DNA from: Candidatus Woesearchaeota archaeon
GTDB lineage: Archaea > Nanobdellota > Nanobdellia > Woesearchaeales > JBDRGA01
DNA length: 56,214 nt
Reading direction: 5' to 3'
Assembly: GCA_043818175.1 (NCBI GenBank)
Contig: JBDRGA010000046.1
Location: forward strand, 1-56,214
Below, piece after piece: positions 1 to 8,617 of this stretch (within the stretch, counting starts at the first letter, position 1; every line of letters starts with the position of its first letter). The notes under the pieces are model-generated. The model saw nothing but the letters and a program-made list of their open reading frames with translations. It made no database searches and was not told where the DNA came from. Position numbers and translations under genes: made by a program.

Positions 1-31
1 ACTACATCAAACTCTAAGACTGATGCGCCGA

Positions 32-122
32 GCTTCGCTGCGCGAAGCAAGCAGGGGCAAAGCCCCTGCTTAAAATTTTCCACATCTCAAAAGAAGCACC
101 ATCCTCTGCCTAAAGGCAGAGG
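32..122. repeat. Cluster of three perfect hairpins in an intergenic gap
   Basis: GCTTCGC-tgc-GCGAAGC (32-48), AAGCAGGGGC-aaa-GCCCCTGCTT (49-71) and CCTCTGCC-taaa-GGCAGAGG (103-122). The third resembles IS200/IS605-family subterminal hairpins. Function is not shown by the sequence. Confidence 0.6.
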
Positions 123-136
123 TATTCAAATATGAT

Positions 137-144
137 AAAAAAAA
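137..144 (-). terminator. Oligo-T tract, likely archaeal terminator of 148-834
   Basis: T8 on the minus strand 3 nt after the stop codon. Confidence 0.45.
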
Positions 145-147
145 GAA

Positions 148-834
148 TTAATTATTTCTCACAAACACAATCATATCCCCTTCGTGGTGGTTGTTAATGT
201 ACAGACTATAAAGTGCGTAGCCTTCCTTTTTTGGATTAAACTCTAGATTTATGTTGCCTGAGCTACCTCTCGCAAGCGTAAGGCTTCCATCTGCAGGGGT
301 TGCAGTGATTGCGTCCAAGAACGTTGACCTTTGCCTAATGTCTAAGTCAAACTTCATCTCGGCAGTGCCTATATTCTTAATCACAACTGATGTCGTGAAT
401 TTCTCGCCTGGCTGAGCAAGGATATATTTTTGCCACGTTACTTCGTAGGAATAGTATGGTTGCGATTTTGTTTCTTTGCTCTCTTTATTAAGAGAATCCA
501 ACAATCCATCGAATATGCCAACTTCAGCCTTCAAATCTTGAGTTTCTAGGCTTAGTTTCTGGTTTTCCGCTGTCAGCGTCTGTTTTTCTGAATTGGCCAA
601 TGCTACCGCGGAATCTTTTTCTGCAGTCAACACACCAAGAGTGTTCTTGTTGCCCTGATTGAGCTGTTCAATCGTTCCTTGCTTCATGTAGTTTGATACC
701 AACAGTCCAGCAATAAAAGCTATTAGTATCACTCCAACAACAGTATATGTCTTAACTTTGCCACTAAAAAATGAAGGTTTCTTATCAACAATCTCAATCT
801 CCTGCATTTTTTCCGATTCTTTCTTCTTTTCCAT
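148..834 (-). CDS. Membrane-anchored protein with coiled coil and C-terminal Ig-like domain
   Basis: One N-terminal TM (VVGVILIAFIAGLLV), a heptad-like segment and a beta-rich C-terminus (FTTSVVIKNIGT). Start moved from the TTG at 861 to the ATG at 834, which follows a GGGTGA SD-like sequence. Confidence 0.7.
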   Translation of the reverse strand: MEKKKESEKMQEIEIVDKKPSFFSGKVKTYTVVGVILIAFIAGLLVSNYMKQGTIEQLNQGNKNTLGVLTAEKDSAVALANSEKQTLTAENQKLSLETQDLKAEVGIFDGLLDSLNKESKETKSQPYYSYEVTWQKYILAQPGEKFTTSVVIKNIGTAEMKFDLDIRQRSTFLDAITATPADGSLTLARGSSGNINLEFNPKKEGYALYSLYINNHHEGDMIVFVRNN

Positions 835-985
835 TCGTTTCACCCTTTTCAGCACTACCAACTAATCATTCCAAGCAACATTTGGTTTATTTCCACCTGC
901 CAAAACGTGCTAACTGCTAGATTTTCAGGTAAGCAAGTATATAAAGCTTTGTTGACAAACCTGCTCTTAGGCAACTTGTGTTTTT

Positions 986-1109
986 TGGCGCCTATGTCGT
1001 AAGCGATGTAGCACGCCGAGAATTCGATGCGCTACATGGGGCATGCTCCAATTGATTTTAGCACCCGCTCCTTCAGGACTGGTTTATTACCCTTTGTCTA
1101 AGCGCGCCA
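986..1109. ncRNA. Candidate structured non-coding RNA, unknown class
   Basis: Terminal stem TGGCGC/GCGCCA, internal hairpins (ATGTAGC...GCTACAT; CC-gc-TCC-ttca-GGA-ct-GG), about 52% GC, TATA box at 939-946 and T6 immediately after 1109. Confidence 0.3.
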
Positions 1110-1151
1110 TTTTTTCAATAGATATAAAAACAGCACACGTACAGAAATAAC

Positions 1152-1745
1152 ATGGTGGGCATTAATCTTGACGTAACAACCGCAACCGCCGTGTTGAAAC
1201 CCTTGATAATTTTCATCGTGGGCGTGGTTATTTATTCCATATTTATCTTTAAGTTCTACAGATTCTTGGCCAGGAAAGACATCTTCCAGCTCAATCTCGA
1301 AAAGCACGAACAAGAGAAAGGTGCTGGATTCAAGAAATTCATGGACACCCTTGTTTACCTTTTCAAGTACATTCTTGTCTTCCCAATCATTACGTTCTTC
1401 TGGTTTGGCGTACTTGCATTACTCTTATCGTTCTTGTCCAAGAACGCGGACGTCCAGAATATACTGATGATAGCAATGGCGCTGGTGGGTGCTGTAAGGG
1501 TTACTGCTTACTACAATGAAGACCTTTCAAAAGACCTTGCAAAGATGCTTCCTTTTGCGCTTCTTGGCATATTCCTTGTGGACGTAACGTTCTTCAATTG
1601 GGACAACTCTTTGAACTCGATATTGTCTGTTGCGGATTACCTACAAACGATTATCTACTACTTCTGCTTCGTAATCGTGCTCGAGTTCATCCTTAGGATT
1701 GCTCATGGCATGAGAAAGAAAGGCAAGGCGAAGAAGGAAAAATAA
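1152..1745 (+). CDS. Hypothetical multi-pass membrane protein
   Basis: 197 aa with about 5 hydrophobic segments and a basic C-terminal tail. TATA at 1122-1129, 30 nt before the ATG. Confidence 0.75.
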   Translation: MVGINLDVTTATAVLKPLIIFIVGVVIYSIFIFKFYRFLARKDIFQLNLEKHEQEKGAGFKKFMDTLVYLFKYILVFPIITFFWFGVLALLLSFLSKNADVQNILMIAMALVGAVRVTAYYNEDLSKDLAKMLPFALLGIFLVDVTFFNWDNSLNSILSVADYLQTIIYYFCFVIVLEFILRIAHGMRKKGKAKKEK

Positions 1746-1793
1746 GTGGGGAGATTGCTGCCAGAGGAGCCACTGGACCATCACATAAACTGC

Positions 1794-3083
1794 TTATGAA
1801 CGGATGAACTCGTCATAAATCGCGTTCACTGCACTATGTCCGTTTGCTTCGTCAACACCCAACACTAAGCTTGGCGCACCATCATCTCCCATCGTAGTAG
1901 TGGCTTGTACTCCTGCATGATGCAGTGCAGAGTATATCCTACCCATTGCACCCATATCGCGTCGCAATGACTTACCAACTACAACAAGACAGCCCGCGTG
2001 GGGGTTCACGTCTAGCGAAGGAACGTCCACCACTTTCTTGATGCGCGTGCAGAGCTCGTGAAGTTTTCTTGAATCGATTCCTTCCCTCGGAATGAACAAT
2101 GACATACTGTCAACACAGTGCGGCATGTAATCCCACGATACATCCATGTCTTTCAGTATTCCAAGCATATCTGCGAATACCCCCGTGGTGCGATGAATTC
2201 CCATTCTGGTAAGGTGTATTGAGTACAGTCCTGACTTGTACGTCACGCCTACTACTGGCTTTCCTGCCATGGGCGCGCGTTCCTGCAAAACAAGGGTGCC
2301 TGGTTCCTGGGGATTCCTGAAGTTCTTAAGTTCAAGCGGAACGTCCGTCTCGTACAAGTATCTGAGTGCGTCGTGGTGAAATACATTGAACCCATTGTAT
2401 GATAATTCTCTCAGCTCCAAATATGTGAGTTCATTGATTAGTTCGGGATTTGAAACAATGTCTGGATGCGCAGACAATACCGGCGTGTCGGAGTACTTTT
2501 CACATGAATCTGCAAAAAGACACGCACCAAGGAAAGCGTTGGTTATATCAGAACCTCCCCTTTCAAATGTTAAGGTTTTTCCATCGTTTGTTCTTCCGTA
2601 GAATCCAGGTACAACAGTAGGGGTCTTGGCGCTTGTAATCTTGGCTTGTCCTTTGAACGATCCAGGTAAGGGAATGGCATGTCCAGGTCTGCCCTCCACA
2701 ACAAACAATTCAGAAGGATCCAAAAAAGCATAACCAAGTGTGTCTGCAATAATCTTTGCGGTAGCGTACTCACCAAAACTTACCAAACCGTCCCTGAACG
2801 TATCATCATTTGTTCCTCGGATTCGTGATTCTAGCTCTCTTTTGTACTCAGACATATCTAGTTCAGGATTGAGCGCACTAAGCCTTTCGATAACCTGTTC
2901 GGGCGAGACGCTTCCCCCATTTGAGGCGATTTCTTCCAGCATGTCCGTAACTCTGCCTTTAGGTCCACCAGGCGCGCTTACAACTATCACTTGTCGTCTC
3001 CCATCGCTTTCTGTTATCCTTCTTATAAGCCCTAGGTCTTCAAGACAAGTAACCGAACTTCCACCATACTTAGTAACAATCAT
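1794..3083 (-). CDS. lysC: Aspartate kinase with C-terminal ACT domains
   Basis: TKYGGSSV, IVVSAPG, VVPGFYG and RGGSDIT motifs; 429 aa. Confidence 0.9.
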   Translation of the reverse strand: MIVTKYGGSSVTCLEDLGLIRRITESDGRRQVIVVSAPGGPKGRVTDMLEEIASNGGSVSPEQVIERLSALNPELDMSEYKRELESRIRGTNDDTFRDGLVSFGEYATAKIIADTLGYAFLDPSELFVVEGRPGHAIPLPGSFKGQAKITSAKTPTVVPGFYGRTNDGKTLTFERGGSDITNAFLGACLFADSCEKYSDTPVLSAHPDIVSNPELINELTYLELRELSYNGFNVFHHDALRYLYETDVPLELKNFRNPQEPGTLVLQERAPMAGKPVVGVTYKSGLYSIHLTRMGIHRTTGVFADMLGILKDMDVSWDYMPHCVDSMSLFIPREGIDSRKLHELCTRIKKVVDVPSLDVNPHAGCLVVVGKSLRRDMGAMGRIYSALHHAGVQATTTMGDDGAPSLVLGVDEANGHSAVNAIYDEFIRS

Positions 3084-3105
3084 GTCTTTAGGAGTTGTGC
3101 AAAGG

Positions 3106-3113
3106 TATTAAAA
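3106..3113. promoter_or_regulatory. Bidirectional TATA box shared by lysC and lysA
   Basis: TATTAAAA lies about 30 nt from both divergent start codons (3083 and 3135). Confidence 0.6.
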
Positions 3114-3134
3114 CGTATGTCTTAATCTGAACTT

Positions 3135-4355
3135 ATGGCAGACAAGAGTTTTCCATTTACCCCGACTGCACTTAAAGAAGTCGTCTCAAGATTTGGCACT
3201 CCTTTCCATATATATGATGAGAAAGGAATCAGGATAACCGCCAGGAAACTGAACGGTGCCTTTTCGTGGGCGCCCAAGTTCAAGGAATACTTCGCAGTTA
3301 AGGCTCTCCCAAATCCCACTATACTGTCAATACTCAAAGAAGAAGGGCTTGGTGTTGATTGCAGCTCAATGAGCGAATTGCTTCTTGCCGAAATGGTTGG
3401 ATTCAAAGGAGAGGAAATCATGTTCTCTTCAAACAACACCCAAATCGAAGAGTTCAGGAAAGCCCTGGAGATGGGCGCCATCATAAATTTTGATGATTTC
3501 GAGCACATAGAGTTCATAAAAACCAACGCAGGACTTCCAAAAGTGGCTTCATGTAGGTACGCTCCAGAAGCATTTGGAAAAGGGGACACAATAATGGGGG
3601 AAACTGGCTCAACCAAGTTTGGAATGACGAGAAAGCAGTTGATTAAAGCACTCTTGTTGCTCAATAAGCATGGAGTAGAGAGACTTGGAGTTCATATGAT
3701 GACCCGCACGAAAGTCCTGGACGTTGGTTTCTTTCTGGACAACGCCAAGATACTCTTTGATATTGTGAGGGAAGCAGAGCATGCAGGACTACGCATTGAG
3801 TTCATTAACTTATCAGGAGGAATAGGCATTCCATATCACACGAATGAGAACGCGTTTGAGCTGGATAAGTATTCCAAAACACTTTATGAGTTGTTTCATG
3901 CTTCGGAGTTCAAGAATATGGGCATTGCAATGGAACTGGGAAGGTACGTCACAGGACCACATGGCTGGCTCGTCACAAAGGTGCTACACGTGAAGAATTC
4001 CAACAAGCGTTTTGCTGGAATCGATGCAAGCATGGCTGATTTGATGCGCCCAGGTATGTACGGAGCGTATCATCACATCAGCGTAATTGGAAAAGACAAA
4101 GCAGAATTTGCATATGACGTCGTGGGAAGTCTCTGTGAAAACACCGATACGTTCGCAAAAGATAGGATGCTTCCTTCACTTGTACCTGGAGACATAATTA
4201 TAATCCACGATACTGGCGCCCATGGTCATTCAATGGGCTTCAACTACAATGGAAAGCTCCGTGCGAAAGAACTCCTTTTGAGAGAAAATGGCACGGTCGA
4301 AATGATACGACGCGCAGAGACGTTTTCAGACTACATCGCAACATTGAAATTCTAA
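3135..4355 (+). CDS. lysA: Diaminopimelate decarboxylase
   Basis: FAVKA PLP-lysine motif, TKFG, INLSGGIG, ELGRY, DVVGSLCENTD and HDTGAHG...FNYN. Confidence 0.9.
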   Translation: MADKSFPFTPTALKEVVSRFGTPFHIYDEKGIRITARKLNGAFSWAPKFKEYFAVKALPNPTILSILKEEGLGVDCSSMSELLLAEMVGFKGEEIMFSSNNTQIEEFRKALEMGAIINFDDFEHIEFIKTNAGLPKVASCRYAPEAFGKGDTIMGETGSTKFGMTRKQLIKALLLLNKHGVERLGVHMMTRTKVLDVGFFLDNAKILFDIVREAEHAGLRIEFINLSGGIGIPYHTNENAFELDKYSKTLYELFHASEFKNMGIAMELGRYVTGPHGWLVTKVLHVKNSNKRFAGIDASMADLMRPGMYGAYHHISVIGKDKAEFAYDVVGSLCENTDTFAKDRMLPSLVPGDIIIIHDTGAHGHSMGFNYNGKLRAKELLLRENGTVEMIRRAETFSDYIATLKF

Positions 4356-4380
4356 CCCGTATGATATTGCTTATTAAGGC

Positions 4381-5229
4381 GTGTTAATACCCAATCACAT
4401 GAAACCAACGTTCATGCTCGCCCCAATGGAAGACGTAACCGACAATGCAATGCGGGCATTGTGTTACAGGCACGGTGCTGATTTTACGTTTACTGAGATG
4501 GCGCGCTTCGATAGCCTTGCTCGAAAGAACAAAGGCACTGTCGAAAAAACATTGATTCTTGATGATACGCCTACATGGATTCAGATTGTTGGAAGCAACG
4601 AGCAGAAGCTCAAGGCGTACCTTAAGGACTTTGAACCTGCAAAGAGTTTCTTAGGGTTCAACCTTAACCTGGGATGCCCGAGTCCCAATCTCGTTAATAC
4701 TGGGATAGGTTGTGCAATGGTACGAAGAATATCAAAGACACGAAAACTCGTAAACATCGTGAAAGAACGTGGTTTTCCGTGCTCTGTAAAGATGCGTTTG
4801 GGATTGAACGCGATGGACAAGAAAAACAAGGTTTACCTTAACCTTATTGATGCCGTTGATGCTGACATGTTCATCGTGCACACGAGAATCGCTACGGACA
4901 CTTATGATGTTCCTGCAGACCATAGTGTGCTGAAAGAATGCGTTGCCATTGGTAAGACTATTATTGCAAATGGTGATATTGACACAAAAGACAAGGTGCA
5001 AAAGGTTCTTGACTTGGGCGCTAAGGGCGTCATGATAGGCAGGAGTGCAATCTGCAATCCCGGAATCTTTGCAATGCTAAAAGGCATGCCCGTTCCTTCC
5101 ATTGATTCATTGAAAGCAGAATATAATCTATTGGCTGAAAGGTTCAATTCTCCGCAAAAATACAGGAAGAATGTTATGAAGCATCTTGGTAAGCATGCCA
5201 CAGTTGACAACGAGCACGTGCAGGGCTGA
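4381..5229 (+). CDS. dus: tRNA-dihydrouridine synthase family protein
   Basis: LAPMEDVTD, NLNLGCPSP (catalytic Cys), SVKMRLG, IANGDI and GVMIGR. Confidence 0.9.
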   Translation: MLIPNHMKPTFMLAPMEDVTDNAMRALCYRHGADFTFTEMARFDSLARKNKGTVEKTLILDDTPTWIQIVGSNEQKLKAYLKDFEPAKSFLGFNLNLGCPSPNLVNTGIGCAMVRRISKTRKLVNIVKERGFPCSVKMRLGLNAMDKKNKVYLNLIDAVDADMFIVHTRIATDTYDVPADHSVLKECVAIGKTIIANGDIDTKDKVQKVLDLGAKGVMIGRSAICNPGIFAMLKGMPVPSIDSLKAEYNLLAERFNSPQKYRKNVMKHLGKHATVDNEHVQG

Positions 5230-5276
5230 AGCTTCGAACGAAGAATATTTAAAACAAACATTCGAATTACCCTGAG

Positions 5277-6011
5277 ATGCCGAGACGCAGAAAACACTTC
5301 ATAAGGTTCTCCAAACGAGAGTATAAACATGGAGAGGTAGTGCCAGTAAGCGCCATTTACGAGTTCTCTGAATGCGATAATGTTGATGCCTACAAGAAAG
5401 GCGAAGTATTCACAACGTGCGATAACTGTCATTCAGAGGAAGAAGAACAGCATTGGTATCCCACCACCGAAGTTCTCCATTTCGTTTCAAAGAACCTGAA
5501 CACAGAGTTCTCACGTGTAGAAACTCTCGGACTCAAGGTTTCCGACATAATAGCGCAGTTCTCAGGAAGTATAACATTTGTCATCCTGCATGTCATATGG
5601 TTCTGGGCATGGATTCATGCCAACAACGGTGGAAGTATTTTTGGTTTGAAGAACTTTGACCCGTATCCTTTCGGTCTTCTTACGATGATTGTTTCGCTGG
5701 AGGCAATTATTCTTAGTACTTTCATTCTCATTAGCCAGAACAGGCAGGCGCAGAAAAGCGAACTGCGTGCCGACCTGGATTATAAGGTTAATCTAAGCAC
5801 CGAGAAGGCAGTTGCCGAAGTTCTAGCAATTCTTCGTGACCTGAAAGAAGAAGGTCAGGTACTAAGCAAGAAGGCAAGCGAAATTCTTGAGGATACAACG
5901 CAGATAACCGAGCCTGAGAAGAAACCAAGGAAAGGAAGGAAGAAGAAACCTCCATCGGGAAAGAAGATACTAAAGGACGCAGGCATCGACCTGATAAACC
6001 AGGGACGTTAG
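5277..6011 (+). CDS. DUF1003 membrane protein with N-terminal Cys-containing zinc-ribbon-like segment
   Basis: SGSITFVILHVIW...FDPYPFGLLTMIVSLEAIILSTFILISQNRQ; N-terminal ECD...TCDNC...W. Confidence 0.8.
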   Translation: MPRRRKHFIRFSKREYKHGEVVPVSAIYEFSECDNVDAYKKGEVFTTCDNCHSEEEEQHWYPTTEVLHFVSKNLNTEFSRVETLGLKVSDIIAQFSGSITFVILHVIWFWAWIHANNGGSIFGLKNFDPYPFGLLTMIVSLEAIILSTFILISQNRQAQKSELRADLDYKVNLSTEKAVAEVLAILRDLKEEGQVLSKKASEILEDTTQITEPEKKPRKGRKKKPPSGKKILKDAGIDLINQGR

Positions 6012-6100
6012 TTAGACTAACTGGTGTGTGCACTAAAATACTTCATCTGTAGTAACCAATGAACGAAAAGTAATTATACAACGAACTCATCCCAGTACAT

Positions 6101-6619
6101 ATGCCCGCGTCACGCATCAGCATCGAGCACGCAAAGAAAGACAAATTATTCTATTTTGTCGCGAACGTCGTAATCTACCGAGAGGACGGAAAATGCCTCA
6201 TCCTCCGTCGTTCAGAAACTGAGAAAGTTCACCCTGGAAAGTACGCTTTGCCTGGAGGAAAACTGGAATGGAAAGACCTGAACATTGAAAATCCTGCAAG
6301 GAGAGATGGAGAAGTACTTGCCTTTGATGATGCAGTCGAAGAATTGTTGGTGCGTGAAGCAAAGGAAGAGTCAGGTGTGGACATTGATAAACATCTGAAG
6401 TACGTTAGTAATGTCGTGTTTGTGCGACCAGATGGAATTCCTGTAGTAATGGTCCTGTTTGCTGCCAAATACCTTGGCTGTGAAGTCGTTCTGGAGGAAG
6501 GCTGCTTTACTGATTATGCCTGGGTCGATGCTGAAGAAGTTAAAAAGCAGGACTGCATATCAGGTGTGCCCGAGCAGGTCAAGATGGCAATCGAGCTCAT
6601 GAAAAAGCAATCAGCGTAA
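6101..6619 (+). CDS. NUDIX hydrolase
   Basis: YALPGGKLE...REAKEESG Nudix box with an internal insertion. Confidence 0.85.
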   Translation: MPASRISIEHAKKDKLFYFVANVVIYREDGKCLILRRSETEKVHPGKYALPGGKLEWKDLNIENPARRDGEVLAFDDAVEELLVREAKEESGVDIDKHLKYVSNVVFVRPDGIPVVMVLFAAKYLGCEVVLEEGCFTDYAWVDAEEVKKQDCISGVPEQVKMAIELMKKQSA

Positions 6620-6693
6620 CTTGTCTACTAGTATCTTAACGCACCAACATGTTTGAGCGAAATCTTTACATACTGAAATTAGTATACATTGCC

Positions 6694-7137
6694 ATGAACG
6701 AAGCCGAATTCTTCAAAATTGTGGATTACATCCTATTGAAAGGAGCGGAAGCCACGATGAATCTTACGAGTGATTTCAAAGCCGACTTCGTCGATATATT
6801 CGCGAAGAACGAGGATGAATTCGAAGAGCTGAAGCAATGGCTTCACACCCACGGAAAAGTCGTTCATTCCAAACCATCAGGGGATACTGTGAGACTTGAC
6901 AAACCACATTCCACACCCTATGGTCCTTTGCAGTACTTGAAGATAAGACCTTTCGACCCAAGCAAGCCATTTAGAGGAGCGCCTGACTTTGAGGTTGATT
7001 ATGAAAAAATGAAGACAGAGCATCCGGAACTGAAACAGATTCAGAGCCAACTTTACGAGATGCTTGAACTCAAAGGCGATGATGTTCTCGTTTATTTCCT
7101 GAAGCCGACCGTGAGTGAATTGTTTGACGAAAAATAA
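6694..7137 (+). CDS. Hypothetical protein (possible VOC/YecM-like fold)
   Basis: Open frame with protein-like composition. Start at 6694 is supported by a TATA-like TTTACATA about 29 nt upstream. The fold guess is weak. Confidence 0.6.
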   Translation: MNEAEFFKIVDYILLKGAEATMNLTSDFKADFVDIFAKNEDEFEELKQWLHTHGKVVHSKPSGDTVRLDKPHSTPYGPLQYLKIRPFDPSKPFRGAPDFEVDYEKMKTEHPELKQIQSQLYEMLELKGDDVLVYFLKPTVSELFDEK

Positions 7138-7144
7138 TAAAGAA

Positions 7145-7615
7145 TTAAGCTTGCTCCTCAACAGGAATACCATATTTCTCATGAATGATTAGCTTCAGTT
7201 CTTGAAGATGCGATTCTCCCACTTCTTCCGCAATTGCTTTCGCAAAGTACTCAGAAAGGTACTTGTTGCCATGTCCCTCTAGAATCTCACCAATGCATTC
7301 ACCACAAGGATGTCTTCCATTAACCAAATCATTCAGGCAGTCGCACGTAGCGCCTTCACCATGGCCTGGCGTTTTCTCGATACAGTATGTGCATGGTGTT
7401 TCCAAGCAACAGCGATACATGCTTTGAGGAAGCAGGTCCTTTACGATTCCATCGCGCATTTCGAGGTAGTTTTCTCTACGCGCATCCATTGGCATCATAT
7501 CCTGCATCTGATCGTGGAGAATGCCCATCATCCAAAATGGAGCTACGATTGATCCAACGAAGATGCCTAACAAAGCTACGGCAAGCAAGTGTCCTGATTT
7601 TGTATTCAAGTTCAT
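7145..7615 (-). CDS. Membrane-anchored Met/Cys-rich putative metal-binding protein
   Basis: N-terminal TM, MMGILHDQMQDMMPM, 8 Cys (CC, CxxC, CxC, CxxC); last gene of the copper cluster. Confidence 0.7.
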   Translation of the reverse strand: MNLNTKSGHLLAVALLGIFVGSIVAPFWMMGILHDQMQDMMPMDARRENYLEMRDGIVKDLLPQSMYRCCLETPCTYCIEKTPGHGEGATCDCLNDLVNGRHPCGECIGEILEGHGNKYLSEYFAKAIAEEVGESHLQELKLIIHEKYGIPVEEQA

Positions 7616-7627
7616 TTTTTCACCAAT

Positions 7628-8401
7628 TTATACAATCAAATAGTCCTTTGGAACACCTTCATTCAGAGAGTAGATGTGCCATGGTTCTGTTTTCCTCCCT
7701 GGCATGCCGGGAGTTCCAACAGGCATCCTTGGAAGAGCAATACCCTCAATTGCTGGCTGCTCATCAAGAAGTTTGTTCACTACATCTATTGGAACATGCC
7801 CTTCGACGACATATCCTCCAACTATACTGGTGTGGCAGCTCTCCATTGCGCTTGGTATTGAATACTTTTCCTTGATTGGTGCCATGTTTTCAGTCGGGAC
7901 AACCTTGACTTCAAATCCTTGTTTCTCCAGCTCGGCAACATAACCTACACAACACCCACATGAAGGTGATTTGTAGACCGTGACCGTCTTGTCTATTGCA
8001 GAAAATGAGCCAAACGAACGCTCCGTGAAGCTTTTGCCTGCCGCGTCCCACGCATTTGTTCCTCCATCCATATCATATACTGTAGTGTACCCCATTTTTT
8101 GCAAGGTTTGTGCCGCTTCTGCACTCATCGTTCCACTTCTACAATAGACCGCGATTGGTGTATTCTTATCCGTTGGAAGCAATGCTCTGTTTTCTTCAAG
8201 CGCATCGTATGCTATGAATGCATCAGTACCAACTATATGTTTGCCCTCCGGTGTGTGCGTGTCAATGACAAATACAGCTCTATCGCTTATTTTGGCTTCA
8301 AATTGGCCAGGGCTCAATGACTCAATTGTCGGAGTTCTTGGTGTGCACGCAACCAGTATCAATAGTGGCACCATGAGAAGCAGTGCTCTTTTCATTAGCA
8401 T
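7628..8401 (-). CDS. Lipoprotein: rhodanese domain fused to DUF411 (CopG-like) domain
   Basis: Lipobox LVAC; rhodanese YCRSGTMS...MDGGTNAW; DUF411 VYKSPSCGCC...SCHT...VEGHVP...MPVGTPGM. Confidence 0.85.
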   Translation of the reverse strand: MLMKRALLLMVPLLILVACTPRTPTIESLSPGQFEAKISDRAVFVIDTHTPEGKHIVGTDAFIAYDALEENRALLPTDKNTPIAVYCRSGTMSAEAAQTLQKMGYTTVYDMDGGTNAWDAAGKSFTERSFGSFSAIDKTVTVYKSPSCGCCVGYVAELEKQGFEVKVVPTENMAPIKEKYSIPSAMESCHTSIVGGYVVEGHVPIDVVNKLLDEQPAIEGIALPRMPVGTPGMPGRKTEPWHIYSLNEGVPKDYLIV

Positions 8402-8616
8402 CCGCCCACCATAACCGGTTGTGCTTCGGGCTGTTGCTGTGTGGTAGTTGTTCGCGGCGCAGTGGGTGCCACGTTTACAGAACCATCTGATGTGTCCTGC
8501 TTGATGTGGCTTATCTGCACTGCCTGCACCGTCGACACTACGACAAGGGCAAGTGCCACAATAAACAAGACGTATGTTACTATGTTTCTAGTTCCATTTG
8601 TTTCTTCTTTCTTCAT
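8395..8616 (-). CDS. Small membrane-anchored protein ending in MVGGC
   Basis: 73 aa: one TM, a Thr/Gln/Pro linker and C-terminal MVGGC. GGAGGT SD lies 7 nt upstream. Confidence 0.75.
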   Translation of the reverse strand: MKKEETNGTRNIVTYVLFIVALALVVVSTVQAVQISHIKQDTSDGSVNVAPTAPRTTTTQQQPEAQPVMVGGC

Positions 8617-8617
8617 T

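Noticed and set aside
37-48. 12-mer GCTGCGCGAAGC also present at 46028-46039
   Set aside because: A match of this length is expected by chance in 56 kb, and the second copy is coding.
986-1109. Interpretation as 5S rRNA, intron-containing tRNA or hammerhead ribozyme
   Set aside because: Lacks the CCGAAC loop, a proper T-arm and the CUGANGA/GAAA core; kept only as an unclassified candidate.
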